Positions 1-10,031 of a stretch of 64,000 bases of DNA are shown here, one piece after another. Origin of the DNA: Bacteroidales bacterium (GTDB lineage Bacteria > Bacteroidota > Bacteroidia > Bacteroidales > Muribaculaceae); assembly GCA_900769345.1 (NCBI GenBank), contig CAAGGJ010000164.1:15654-79653 (forward strand), in the 5' to 3' direction. How positions within the stretch are numbered: the first letter of the stretch is position 1; every line of letters starts with the position of its first letter. Both the position numbers and the translations under genes were made by a program. The notes under the pieces were generated by a model, which saw only the letters and a program-made list of their open reading frames with translations, made no database searches and was not told the origin of the DNA.

Positions 1-347
1 TCGAAGGAATCCTCACTTGAGAGAACAACATCGGCGCTGCTTAATTTTGTGCGCATTCTACTGTAAGAAAAGCGAGCTCCCAGTCCCAGGTCGTCCTTCA
101 CCATATAGCACAACATTGGGCTCAACTTAAAGTTGTAATTGTCGCCGGTGATGTTTTCCACCACAAGAAACTGGTAGTTATCGTATTTGCTCTGCGAATA
201 GTCGGCACTCAAGCCCACCACCCATTGCCCTTTGGGCACAAACATGGTCTGCTCGATATTCCTACTGAAATGCGATTGTCCTTGGACGCACAAAGCGCCC
301 AAGAACAAACACAAAATGGTAATATTTAATCTAATTCTATTTATCAT
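1..347 (-). CDS. outer-membrane beta-barrel-like protein, N-terminal part only (gene runs off the left edge)
   Basis: The minus-strand frame is open from the window edge to the ATG at 347..345. The N-terminus MINRIRLNITILCLFLGALCVQGQS looks like a signal peptide, followed by amphipathic strand-like segments (WVVGLSADYS, YNFKLSPMLCYMV, LGLGARFSYS). The ATG overlaps the TGA of the upstream gene (ATGA at 344..347). It is absent from the ORF track because it is truncated. Confidence 0.55.
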   Translation of the reverse strand, partial: MINRIRLNITILCLFLGALCVQGQSHFSRNIEQTMFVPKGQWVVGLSADYSQSKYDNYQFLVVENITGDNYNFKLSPMLCYMVKDDLGLGARFSYSRMRTKLSSADVVLSSEDSF

Positions 348-2491
348 TCATACACAAGTTGTAAATCATCGAGCCACATCTCGCTGCCATTACCACCACA
401 GAAGTAGTCGCCATAGTAACTTGCCGAGCAAGTGAGGATAATAGCCGACGGGCGCTTGTTGCTACGATATTCAAGGTCAATAGTGAACGGTATCAAGCCA
501 TCGCCTTCAGTTGCCTCGGTGAAGATAATCGTACCGTAAGCAATAATGTGCTCCGAGTTGGCATCGAAGAGCATACGCTCACTCGATTTGGTCTTGATAA
601 TCTTAGGCCACGATTCGCCGGTGCTGCTGTCGGTCTCTTTCGAGTCGTCCCACAAGGCGATGAATATCTGACCCTTATCCATACCGGTAGCGCCGTCTAC
701 TACACCGGCATTATTGTCGATGGTTTTTGGCGAATATTTCACATAACCGGTGAGCTGTGTAGGACGAGATTCGAACTTACGTCCCCAACCCAAGATACCA
801 TCGGTGCCATCGGTCTTAAGATACTTGCCCACAAATACGTTACCTGCAGCAAACTTACCAATCGAACCGATACCCACAAATTGCGACTTCAGATCGATAG
901 AGCGGCTGCCGCTGTGGAAGAGTGTGGTAGATGGCACAGTTACGTTCTTATGCATAGTCGACGAGCCGTGGTTACCCGAATCCCAGAACATATCTTCACC
1001 GGAAGCGTAAATCAGATATGGCGATGATGAGGTCTGCCAGTCTTCGAAACTATTGTTAGGCAACTGGGCTGCTTCTTCGGTCTTGAATGTCTTCACGTCA
1101 GCTAAAGTGAAGCCGTCGCAAATAGCTTGATATTCATAGATAGTACCCGCAGTAAGGCCGGTGATGGCTGCACTCATCTGAGTGCCGTCTACTGTGGCAT
1201 CCACCACATTCCAGTCGCTTGCGCCTTCCACACGATAGCGGAACTTCAATCCGGATAGGTCGCTCTTGAGAATAGTGCCATAAATGGTGGCGCGAGAAGT
1301 ATACACATCATTTACATCGATAGTTACAGTAGCCACCGATGCATCGGTGATTTGCAGATACATCTCATACACTCTCACCTTATCCATCACGTCGGTAGCA
1401 GTGAATGTGATATAATAATCACCTTCGGGCAACTTATTGAGCATTTCCTTGGCAAGAGTGATTTTTGCAATAGCATTATCCTCGGCTGAAGTATAGTCAT
1501 AAGTGTAAGAGAGTCCGGCTGTGGCAAGGGAGTTACGATAATCCTCAGTCATCGACAAAATCTCAAATTCATCGTCGGGCAAGCCGAGCAGACTTGTCAA
1601 CACGTTGTTCTTACCGCTTACAACCACACTCTTAAGCTCGCATGCCGAAGTGCAATACACAGCTACATTGCTCACAAAAGCTTCGGGCTGCGACACCACC
1701 GGTTCACCGATATTGCGGCCGCCATTGAGCATAAATTTCGGTGCTGCAGTCACAATTACTTCTTTGGTCACTATCTCTTCTTCAGCCACCGCAATGGTAA
1801 TGAGAGCACCACCGTGGTCGGTAGGTGTGCTCGCATACGATGCTTTTAGTGTGTAGAGATATGCAGGTTTTACATTCTCTATCACACCACTCTTTTCGTA
1901 TGCCGAGCCGTCGAGCTGAGTGCCGCTAATGGTCCAGTTGAGCGACGTTTCGCCGTCGTCCATCATAAAGTAGCCGTTTACACTTGCCATCTCACTCGTA
2001 TATTCAAGTTCGCCGGCTGCATTGCTAACCACCACCTTATAGTCGCTGAGTGCTTCGGATATATTGCCAAAATCAACCGCTACAGCCGAGTTGGCAAGTT
2101 TACATACCACGCTCACCGATTCATTACTGCCGGCGCTCACGGTAAAAGCTTTTTCGCCCTTAAAGTAGCGAGCCGTAAACGATGCCGGAACGCTATCACC
2201 GGCAGCTGCCGTTACGCGATAGTTTCCACTCTTCAGCATCAATACTTCGGGCAACGAATTGGTGCCACGATACTTCTTAATCAAGCCTTTAGAACTATAT
2301 ACATACACGATGCAATTCTCAGCCAAAGCCGATTCGTCGGCTGCGCGAGTGGCAATCTTGGCTTCAGTATTTACCTTCACATCGAAGTTTACCCGGCCCT
2401 CACCATCGCTTATCAGCGCTTCGTCGGAGCATGATAGCAATGCTCCTGACATAAGGCTGATTGTTATTATTGTTTTTGCTATATTTTTCAT
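344..2491 (-). CDS. surface lipoprotein: DUF4493-like N-terminal domain, FN3-like domain, C-terminal PCMD-like (putative carbohydrate metabolism) domain
   Basis: 715-aa ORF with lipobox LLSC followed by SDEA (acidic, surface-export-like). FN3-like stretch ITGLTAGTIYEYQA. The C-terminal roughly 240 aa start LPNNSFEDWQ and contain FWDSGNHGS, which I recognise as the Bacteroides PCMD family. The N-terminal region is paralogous to the next two genes. Confidence 0.8.
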   Translation of the reverse strand: MKNIAKTIITISLMSGALLSCSDEALISDGEGRVNFDVKVNTEAKIATRAADESALAENCIVYVYSSKGLIKKYRGTNSLPEVLMLKSGNYRVTAAAGDSVPASFTARYFKGEKAFTVSAGSNESVSVVCKLANSAVAVDFGNISEALSDYKVVVSNAAGELEYTSEMASVNGYFMMDDGETSLNWTISGTQLDGSAYEKSGVIENVKPAYLYTLKASYASTPTDHGGALITIAVAEEEIVTKEVIVTAAPKFMLNGGRNIGEPVVSQPEAFVSNVAVYCTSACELKSVVVSGKNNVLTSLLGLPDDEFEILSMTEDYRNSLATAGLSYTYDYTSAEDNAIAKITLAKEMLNKLPEGDYYITFTATDVMDKVRVYEMYLQITDASVATVTIDVNDVYTSRATIYGTILKSDLSGLKFRYRVEGASDWNVVDATVDGTQMSAAITGLTAGTIYEYQAICDGFTLADVKTFKTEEAAQLPNNSFEDWQTSSSPYLIYASGEDMFWDSGNHGSSTMHKNVTVPSTTLFHSGSRSIDLKSQFVGIGSIGKFAAGNVFVGKYLKTDGTDGILGWGRKFESRPTQLTGYVKYSPKTIDNNAGVVDGATGMDKGQIFIALWDDSKETDSSTGESWPKIIKTKSSERMLFDANSEHIIAYGTIIFTEATEGDGLIPFTIDLEYRSNKRPSAIILTCSASYYGDYFCGGNGSEMWLDDLQLVYE

Positions 2492-2509
2492 TTACTCAAG
2501 CAATTAAGA

Positions 2510-4042
2510 TTAGAAAGTTTGGAACTTAATTACGCATGTACCCACCTGACCGGCGTTGTCGGTTACCGTCAATTCAAAGTCATGATATGCTGCACCATAG
2601 ATGCTTAGCAATGGTATGAATTGAGTAATATCGAATGTAACCGAAGTTTCATCTACCACAGGGCCATAGACTGTGCCACCCGATGTAGTACCGCCATTAG
2701 CCACAGGGAATCCAAGGGCGGCCAAGCCCTCAGTCAAGTCGGTGCCCGACGGCGATTTACCGGTAGCAAGGTCGAATTCGGTGTCGAGACCCACATCTTT
2801 CAGTAAGTCGGCGGTCAAAGTGCCCGAATTGATAACTACTTCAAACTTCTTGATGCCGTTAGGAGCAGAGATAACCACTTGAGCGGCTTGCAGACCTTCA
2901 TCTGTACCGAAGAGGCGAGCATCGTTATAGGTATTGAGGTCGATAGTTTCGCTCGAGAACGATGGAGCCGGCTTGACTTCACTATATTCGGCTTGAGTGA
3001 CTTTAATAGTCTTGCTCAGAGAGCCCATAGTGACCACCACATTGGCCGCGCGGCTTGTCGAAGCCTCGTTTGCAGCAGCATTGATGGTGAAACCGGTATC
3101 GGTAACGTCGCCAATAGTGCACCAACTTTCGTCACTGCTCTGCACAGTCCATGCTGCCGACGACTTAACAGTGATAGCTTGAGTGCTCGCCTTGCAAGGC
3201 ATGCTCACGCTCGACATCGATGTAGTCAGGAAGTCGAATGGGTCAATAATATCATCCTCAATGTCGATGTTTCGTGATTCATTCACCACTGTCACAGAGG
3301 CATCTATAGTAAAATTTGCTCCCGAAACCGAGCCCGTTTCATCGCTGGGAATCGGGGTTTCTTTATAGTTAAACGTAATGATGTAGTGCTTGCGCGGAGC
3401 CACATCGGTCATAATCTTATGATCCTCGCTGATAAACACACCTTCCACAGTGCCCGAGAACGATGCCACAAGTGTGGTGTTGTTCTCATAGTAACGGAAG
3501 TAGCCCGAGCGTGTTTCCGATGCAACGAAATCGAGTGAATTTTTCGCAGCCACCTCCACAGTCACCTTCACATCACTTCCCATCACATTCTTCAAGGCTT
3601 CACTATATCTCACACTCACACGCACATTCTCAAGGGTGCATGTCATCGGGTTGAGCTCAGTGATTAGGTTTTTTGATATTGTGAAACTTTGCTTTGCATA
3701 ATAATATGGTGCATCAAATTCGGCATCTTTAACTTCCATGTTATACACTTCGGCAATATACTCACCCACAGGAAGGGTTATCACCTCGGGCATTTCGCTA
3801 AAAATCCACGATTTTTTGAGCAATCCGCTTTTGGCATCGAGTATGCGAACGGTAAAACCACTCACATCTACTGTAGAGCGAGTGACGGTGGTTTCTGATG
3901 CATCTACATCGATGCTCAGTGTCGACACCTTCAGCTTGCCTTCTTCTTGGCTCTCGCCGTTATAGTTTGGGTCGTCGCATCCGGCAAGCATCAATGTTGC
4001 CAGAGACATCATCATAACTAATATATTATATAATTTTTTCAT
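2510..4042 (-). CDS. surface lipoprotein: DUF4493-like N-terminal domain plus BACON-like domain
   Basis: 510-aa ORF with lipobox LAGC followed by DDPN. The N-terminal region aligns by eye with the two neighbours (PVGEYIAEVYN...FDAPYYYAKQSFTI versus PVGEYTLSAYY...FDKPYFYGSTTFTL). The middle segment AAWTVQSSDESWCTIG...RAANVVVT resembles a BACON domain. It lies 18 bp from the next gene. Confidence 0.75.
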   Translation of the reverse strand: MKKLYNILVMMMSLATLMLAGCDDPNYNGESQEEGKLKVSTLSIDVDASETTVTRSTVDVSGFTVRILDAKSGLLKKSWIFSEMPEVITLPVGEYIAEVYNMEVKDAEFDAPYYYAKQSFTISKNLITELNPMTCTLENVRVSVRYSEALKNVMGSDVKVTVEVAAKNSLDFVASETRSGYFRYYENNTTLVASFSGTVEGVFISEDHKIMTDVAPRKHYIITFNYKETPIPSDETGSVSGANFTIDASVTVVNESRNIDIEDDIIDPFDFLTTSMSSVSMPCKASTQAITVKSSAAWTVQSSDESWCTIGDVTDTGFTINAAANEASTSRAANVVVTMGSLSKTIKVTQAEYSEVKPAPSFSSETIDLNTYNDARLFGTDEGLQAAQVVISAPNGIKKFEVVINSGTLTADLLKDVGLDTEFDLATGKSPSGTDLTEGLAALGFPVANGGTTSGGTVYGPVVDETSVTFDITQFIPLLSIYGAAYHDFELTVTDNAGQVGTCVIKFQTF

Positions 4043-4065
4043 CTTTTTTACTGCAGTAGTGGTTA

Positions 4066-6555
4066 TTACTTAAATGAGAGTGACAAGTCATCAACATACA
4101 GCACACTGCCACGGTGTATACTTAATGTTTCATCACCAATTTGTGTATCAACACCTATAGTAACATCGCTCTTCGAGAATGAGGTCTTTGTGGTTGACCA
4201 GAAACTTACGTATATCGATGTTGCCTTTAGCTTGGTGTTGCTGTAATTGAGGTTTACATCCACCTTTTGGAATGCCGTGGTGGCTGTGCTTGTGCTCTCG
4301 GGAATATACGAACCGGTGGCTATCACCGTATCGCCGGAGCGTACCTCTACTTCCACCTTAAATTGGTCGGAGTTCTTTGGCAAATATTGATACCAGAACG
4401 ACAACTTCTGCGGACGCGATGAGTAGCTGTGACCGGTGGTGGTGTTTTCAGTGCCCGACGACCAGCTGTATGAGCCGATAAACATGCGTCCGGCAAAGAA
4501 GCCCTTGGGATACAACACCGAAAGAACGCCCACATTGGTGGTTGAATAGCCTCCACCATGACCGCTGGTGTAGATTTGTGCCGAATAGTTGCCACCGTGC
4601 TTAAGCGATGACTTGCGACTCACTGCGCAACTCGAAGTGGCTGCGATGCGCGATACCGAGTAGTCGTATCCGCGTGCGTTGTTGGTTGCCCACCACACAT
4701 CGCTCTCGCCGGTAGAATATGGCAAATAATCGTAGTATTTGTTCGAATCATATATCAAGGTCTTGCTCCAGCTTTCCATGTCGCTGTTAGGAATCTGCTT
4801 GTCGGGTTCGGTAGCAAAACTTGCGGCATTGCTTGCTCGGCTCGACGAACCCACCACCGACACTTTAAGCTGATAATTAGCGCCTGCTGTGAGACCCGCA
4901 AGATGTATTGTGCCACCATCTATAGTGTAGTTTTTGAAAGTAGTGAATGTGCTGCCGCCGTTTGTTGAGAGATACACCGAAAGCACCTTGTTGAGGGTAG
5001 CATAGTCGTATTTGCTTGCCGTGTAAGTGGCTGTAGCCGTGTAGGAGTACACATCATAGTCGTTGACCACAACTGTGAGTTCAGGCACATCATGCACCAC
5101 ATCCATCACTTCTGTGCTCTTAACGCCATTCTTATACACAGCCTTCACTTGTGTGTCGGCCGACATAAGTGGCAATGTAAATGTTACATTATATTTGTTA
5201 TTGCCCAACGACTCAACATTTTTGATAGTAGCATCACCCCATGTGCCATTATCCTTGAGATACTGTATGGTCACATTGTTGGCAAGATTTAATCCGCTAT
5301 AAGTCATCTCACAGGTAACATCGGTCTGTCCCAAATCGATGGTTACGCTCGACGGAATCGAAATCTCCACTGCAGGAGCCGAGATGCTTACCGTAACCGG
5401 CTCGGTGACACGAGTAAGTATATCCTTTGCAACCACAGTGAATGTGTGGGTGCTGCTGCCATTGTAAGCACGCAATAGCGGCACCATTTTGGTAAAGTCG
5501 ACCATACCCATGGTGCATGCGGTAGTGCCCCACAATCCCGATGCATTGAAGCCATATTTCATCATCAATGCCTTCTGAGCCGGAGTCACCTTGGTGAGGT
5601 CGATTTCAGCCGGCCAGCCTTGTGCAAGCAGATATTCCGACTGTGTGGTGAGAGTCACTTCGCTGAAGCCTGCCATTGCCGATATATGCATTTTGGGCGC
5701 GGCTTCAAGTTCGTCACCCTCAAGAATGTTAATCGTTTCACCCGAAGTGAAATTCTCGGCAGTAATCACCGGTTCTTCGGCATTAAAGAGTTCTTCGCCA
5801 AGGGTAATGCTCACTTCGCCTCCGTCTGCTATGGTATCATCGAATGTAATTACGAGTTTAGCCTCACCCACTTCACCGCCATTCACATCGAAGGTGATGC
5901 GATAATGTGTACGCGCTTTGGCTGATGTGATGCCCGCAGGCTCTATATACACCGACTTACCCTCATAGTTGGTAAGCTCCAAGGCTATAGTCACATTGCC
6001 CGGTCGCACATATGCTGCACGAGTCTCTCCCATCTCGAAGGTAACAAATGTGCCTCCCGATGAGTGTATCACAGTCTTATATTCCGGAAAATAGTTCTTA
6101 AATGCATCAGTGTAGTCAACGCTCACCATAGTGTTTTGCAATGTTGCCACCACTTCGGGGTCTGCCACTTCGCCATCGTAGAGCGTAAATGTAGTCGAAC
6201 CATAGAAATAAGGCTTGTCGAAACCTTCGTCAGCCATACTTCCATAGTAGGCACTAAGTGTGTATTCGCCCACCGGGAACTTCTCGGTCGACGACATTTC
6301 AGATACTTTGCTCCATGTTTTATCCACAGAACCATCTTTACGCGACAATCTTGCGCTGAAATTGCCTATCTCGGGCCGAATCACCGCAGGTGCCACCGCT
6401 GTTCTTGTTGCTGCCCATGTAGCCTTAACATCGTAGTCGGCTGAAATCGCAGGCTTCACCAGCCCGTAGCCCTTCTCAGCACTTGGCTCATCGCTCGAAC
6501 ACGATGTCCCAATCAATGCTAATGCCATAACAGCAAAAATCGATTTTAATTTCAT
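4066..6555 (-). CDS. surface lipoprotein: DUF4493-like N-terminal domain, Ig/FN3-like repeats, C-terminal PCMD-like domain
   Basis: 829-aa ORF with lipobox GTSC followed by SSDE. FN3-like stretch LAGLTAGANYQLKV. The C-terminal domain starts IPNSDMESWSK, parallel to NNSFEDWQ in 344..2491. It is the first gene of the operon, with a 23-bp gap to the next gene. Confidence 0.8.
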   Translation of the reverse strand: MKLKSIFAVMALALIGTSCSSDEPSAEKGYGLVKPAISADYDVKATWAATRTAVAPAVIRPEIGNFSARLSRKDGSVDKTWSKVSEMSSTEKFPVGEYTLSAYYGSMADEGFDKPYFYGSTTFTLYDGEVADPEVVATLQNTMVSVDYTDAFKNYFPEYKTVIHSSGGTFVTFEMGETRAAYVRPGNVTIALELTNYEGKSVYIEPAGITSAKARTHYRITFDVNGGEVGEAKLVITFDDTIADGGEVSITLGEELFNAEEPVITAENFTSGETINILEGDELEAAPKMHISAMAGFSEVTLTTQSEYLLAQGWPAEIDLTKVTPAQKALMMKYGFNASGLWGTTACTMGMVDFTKMVPLLRAYNGSSTHTFTVVAKDILTRVTEPVTVSISAPAVEISIPSSVTIDLGQTDVTCEMTYSGLNLANNVTIQYLKDNGTWGDATIKNVESLGNNKYNVTFTLPLMSADTQVKAVYKNGVKSTEVMDVVHDVPELTVVVNDYDVYSYTATATYTASKYDYATLNKVLSVYLSTNGGSTFTTFKNYTIDGGTIHLAGLTAGANYQLKVSVVGSSSRASNAASFATEPDKQIPNSDMESWSKTLIYDSNKYYDYLPYSTGESDVWWATNNARGYDYSVSRIAATSSCAVSRKSSLKHGGNYSAQIYTSGHGGGYSTTNVGVLSVLYPKGFFAGRMFIGSYSWSSGTENTTTGHSYSSRPQKLSFWYQYLPKNSDQFKVEVEVRSGDTVIATGSYIPESTSTATTAFQKVDVNLNYSNTKLKATSIYVSFWSTTKTSFSKSDVTIGVDTQIGDETLSIHRGSVLYVDDLSLSFK

Positions 6556-6638
6556 AACTTAGTATTAAATTTTTTCCAATCTAAAATTTTTTTATTAGCA
6601 AGGTTCTCTTAAAAAAATAAATTTCCCTAAAAGCGCCA

Positions 6639-6646
6639 CAAAGATA
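6639..6646 (-). promoter_or_regulatory. candidate -7 promoter box for the lipoprotein operon
   Basis: The minus strand reads TATCTTTG, matching the Bacteroides sigma-A -7 consensus TAnnTTTG (Bayley et al. 2000). It lies 84 nt upstream of the ATG at 6555. Confidence 0.4.
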
Positions 6647-6821
6647 GCAAATTTTGTTCAATCACTCCACATTTATAAATAATAAACAAAGGGTGCCAAG
6701 TAAAAAATAGATAAATTTGCACATTCTTACCATACTTTTGTTAACTATCATTCACCCGTCGAGCACAATTTGTTCCTTTTCTAACCTGTTTTCTTCCCTT
6801 TAATTATTTTCAGCAAATTTT

Positions 6822-6845
6822 GCAAAATCGCAAAATCGCAAAATT
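6822..6845. repeat. three tandem 8-mers GCAAAATC / GCAAAATC / GCAAAATT
   Basis: Read directly from the sequence. The repeats sit inside the 700-bp AT-rich divergent intergenic region. Confidence 0.8.
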
Positions 6846-7160
6846 TGCACACAAATCTCTCCAATATGAACATTGCCTCAATTTTCACTATTTGCCACCA
6901 ATCGGAGTATAGTCTATTCGATTACACACATTAAAAATAATAATTAGCAATATCAAATCCTGACGAGCAATTTAACACGCTATGCATTTTCAGCAATTTT
7001 TGCACATTTTTTACATTTAGCCATTTTCACCACTTCTCATCGCTTTTCACCACCTGAATATACTGTTTCTTTAAGCAAGAATCCCAACTTCACATTTACT
7101 CTTCCGACCCGCAAAATAAATAATTTTTCAAAATTAATCGCAACTCTCAAATGTTTATCT

Positions 7161-7168
7161 TACCTTTG
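7161..7168 (+). promoter_or_regulatory. candidate -7 promoter box
   Basis: TACCTTTG matches TAnnTTTG and lies 89 nt upstream of the ATG at 7257. Confidence 0.4.
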
Positions 7169-7256
7169 CAATATATGTCAGTCATTTACATATTATTACT
7201 CTTATCATATTACAGCAAGCAGTATATATATATTTTATTAACATAAAAATAAAGCC

Positions 7257-9200
7257 ATGAGCAATTTTGGTATAAACATATTGAAACCGCTAAGCGATCG
7301 CACCACGCCTCGATGGATAATTCTCCTCATCGACCTCCTTATTGTGGCACTTAGCTACACCATAACCACAGTATCAAGTTCGTTTGAAAGCACCATTACC
7401 GGTCCTTACGACTTGCTGCGCAACTACTTCATTCTGGTGGGTGTGTTTTTGATAGTGAGTTTCTTCACCAAGAGTTACGCCTACATCATACGCCTCTCGG
7501 CGCTCAACGACCTCTTTCGCACGCTCTCGCTTTGCGCCATATCCATGCTATTCCTCTCAGTTATCAATATTGCCGTGCAACAAATTAGCGGTAAGGCACT
7601 CATAAGTATGTGGGAATTGAGTTTCGTGGTGCTGTTGGCACTATGCATGATGATAGCTGAGCGTCTCACCGCAAAATACATCTACACTCGCATCACAGCC
7701 ATCAGTCATCACACCCAGCGCGTGCTCGTGGTGGGCAGCTCTATGCGCTCGGTAATGATAGCCAACTGGCTGCAGCAGGAACTCAATGGCCGATACACCC
7801 CTGTGGGTCTGCTCACATTCAAACAACTCACCAACGGCAAAGTGTCGAAAAACAATTATCCGGTGTATTTCTTCACACCCGAAACTTTTAGCAACATAGC
7901 CGAGACTCTCGATGTTAAAGCCGTGGTAGCCGACCGCAAGGACCTCACTTTGCTCCGCAGCGAAGCAGCCACCAAGATTCTCGCGGGCATCAAAGTGCTA
8001 ACCATCAATCGCATCGAAGACATCGACCTCACCGAGAGCGACGACTCTGCCGCCTACAGCACTCCACAAATCAGAAACGTGGAAATAGAGGATTTGCTTT
8101 GCCGCGCACCCATCATCACCGACAACACTCTCGTGCGTCAGAACATATTCGGCCACACGGTGCTCATTACCGGTGCCTGCGGTTCGATAGGTAGCGAACT
8201 GGTGCGCCAAGTGGCTGCTTGCAAGGCAAGTCTCGTGGTATGCGTAGATCAAGCAGAAACACCTATGCACGACCTTATGCTCGAGATGCAGCAGTCGTTC
8301 CCCGACACGCCCATCGCAACCTTTATAGGTAGCGTGCAAAACAAGTCTCGCATGGAGCAGGCTTTTGCCAAATATCGTCCCGCTCTCGTGATTCACGCCG
8401 CCGCCTACAAGCACGTGCCTATGATGGAAATCAACCCCACCGAGGCAATCATCAACAATGTCTGCGGCTCGAAAATCATTGCCGACCTCGCAGTGAAATA
8501 CAAAGCACGAAAATTTGTGATGGTGTCGACCGACAAGGCTGTGAACCCCACAAATGTGATGGGAGCCACAAAACGCCTCGCCGAAATCTACACCCAATCG
8601 CTATTTTTCGACATCACCAAAAAGGGCCTCGGCACGCAGTTCATCACCACGCGTTTTGGCAATGTGTTAGGCTCTAATGGTTCGGTAATCCCCATCTTCC
8701 GCCGCCAAATAGAAAACGGCGGTCCCGTCACCATCACTCACAAGGACATAATCCGCTACTTCATGACCATCAACGAGGCATGCTCGCTCGTGCTTGAAGC
8801 CGGATGTATGGGCAACGGCGGCGAAATCTATGTTTTCGACATGGGCAAACCGGTGAAAATCTACGACTTGGCTGCAAAAATGATTTCCCTCGCCGGATTC
8901 CGACCCGAAAAGGACATCAAAATAGTGGAAACCGGACTCCGCCCAGGCGAAAAACTCTACGAAGAGCTTCTCAACGACAAGGAGACCACCACCGCCACCA
9001 TCAACGAGAAAATCATGATTGCCACCGTAACAAAATACGACTACGCCGAGGTTGAAAAAGCCATCGAAGAAATTATTACCCTCGCCGCAAATGGCAAAAC
9101 CGAGGAAATGATTAAGGCGATGAAGCTATTTATCCCAGAATATCGAAGCAACAACTCCGAATTTGAGAAAATCGACCGCGAAATCGAAGAAAACCGCTAA
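7257..9200 (+). CDS. membrane-anchored polysaccharide biosynthesis protein, CapD/WbpM/PglF-like NDP-sugar 4,6-dehydratase/epimerase
   Basis: 647 aa with about four N-terminal hydrophobic helices. Rossmann motif LITGACGSIGSEL and catalytic YxxxK (AAAYKHVP). The overall length and layout are typical of the CapD family. Confidence 0.9.
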   Translation: MSNFGINILKPLSDRTTPRWIILLIDLLIVALSYTITTVSSSFESTITGPYDLLRNYFILVGVFLIVSFFTKSYAYIIRLSALNDLFRTLSLCAISMLFLSVINIAVQQISGKALISMWELSFVVLLALCMMIAERLTAKYIYTRITAISHHTQRVLVVGSSMRSVMIANWLQQELNGRYTPVGLLTFKQLTNGKVSKNNYPVYFFTPETFSNIAETLDVKAVVADRKDLTLLRSEAATKILAGIKVLTINRIEDIDLTESDDSAAYSTPQIRNVEIEDLLCRAPIITDNTLVRQNIFGHTVLITGACGSIGSELVRQVAACKASLVVCVDQAETPMHDLMLEMQQSFPDTPIATFIGSVQNKSRMEQAFAKYRPALVIHAAAYKHVPMMEINPTEAIINNVCGSKIIADLAVKYKARKFVMVSTDKAVNPTNVMGATKRLAEIYTQSLFFDITKKGLGTQFITTRFGNVLGSNGSVIPIFRRQIENGGPVTITHKDIIRYFMTINEACSLVLEAGCMGNGGEIYVFDMGKPVKIYDLAAKMISLAGFRPEKDIKIVETGLRPGEKLYEELLNDKETTTATINEKIMIATVTKYDYAEVEKAIEEIITLAANGKTEEMIKAMKLFIPEYRSNNSEFEKIDREIEENR

Positions 9201-9225
9201 TAATCTCCACAAATACTCATTCTAC

Positions 9226-9263
9226 GGCACGCTCCGCCTCTATTTTTTCACTCGGAGCGTGCC
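9226..9263 (+). terminator. terminator-like hairpin after the CapD-like gene
   Basis: GGCACGCTCCG (9226..9236) pairs with CGGAGCGTGCC (9253..9263): an 11-bp perfect stem with a 16-nt T-rich loop. The downstream T tail is weak. Confidence 0.45.
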
Positions 9264-9384
9264 CTTTAACTATATTTTCAATAAAAAAGCTTTAATGTAT
9301 ATTATTAATAAGATGTTTTACACTATCTTTGCTTCGAAAACTTACAGATAGCAAACAAAACAACTTACTAATAAAGACAAAACA

Positions 9385-9996
9385 ATGAAAATCAAATCGT
9401 TTATTTTGGCTGTGTGCGCACTTGCAGTGAGCATTCAAGCATCGGCTTTCGACCTTAACAGTCTTAAAAATCTCAATCTTGGCGGAGTTATCAACTCTCT
9501 CGTATCTACCGACAAGGTGGAAGTATCCGATCTCACAGGCACCTGGGTGGTTACCGGTCCGGCTGTAGTGTTCAAGAGCGAAAACTTGCTTCAAAAGGCA
9601 GGTGGAACTGCTGCCGAAGCCACTATCGAGAATAAAATGGCTCCATATTTCGAACGCGCCGGCATTAACGGATTGCAACTAACCTTCGACGGCACCGAAA
9701 ACTTCGTAATGACTCTAAACAACGGTCGCACCATCAACGGCACCGTCACAAAGGGCACCACCGATGGCACTTTGATATTCAACTTCAGCGCCCTCGGTTC
9801 GTATAAGCTTCGTAGCGTTACAGCCTATGTCTCAAAAGGCACTCAACTAAGCATCACTTTCGATATCAGCAAACTCAGCAACATCGTTTCTGCTGCTTCG
9901 AAGTTGACCAACAACAGCACCGTTTCTACCGTCTCATCGCTCCTCAGCTCTTACAAAGGCATCTACAGCGGCTTCAAATTGGAACGCAAAAACTAA
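9385..9996 (+). CDS. secreted protein, DUF4923-like (lipocalin-like) family
   Basis: 203 aa with signal peptide MKIKSFILAVCALAVSIQASA. The segment GTWVVTGPAVVFKSENLLQKAGGTAAEATIENKM matches my recollection of the Bacteroides DUF4923 family. Confidence 0.6.
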   Translation: MKIKSFILAVCALAVSIQASAFDLNSLKNLNLGGVINSLVSTDKVEVSDLTGTWVVTGPAVVFKSENLLQKAGGTAAEATIENKMAPYFERAGINGLQLTFDGTENFVMTLNNGRTINGTVTKGTTDGTLIFNFSALGSYKLRSVTAYVSKGTQLSITFDISKLSNIVSAASKLTNNSTVSTVSSLLSSYKGIYSGFKLERKN

Positions 9997-10031
9997 TCCG
10001 TCGCGATAAGATTATTCACAAAATACCCAAA

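Noticed and set aside
6556-7256. Invertible (phase-variable) promoter controlling the lipoprotein operon or the CapD-like gene
   Set aside because: I found no pair of longer inverted repeats bracketing a promoter-sized segment and no site-specific recombinase gene nearby. Only short direct repeats are present.
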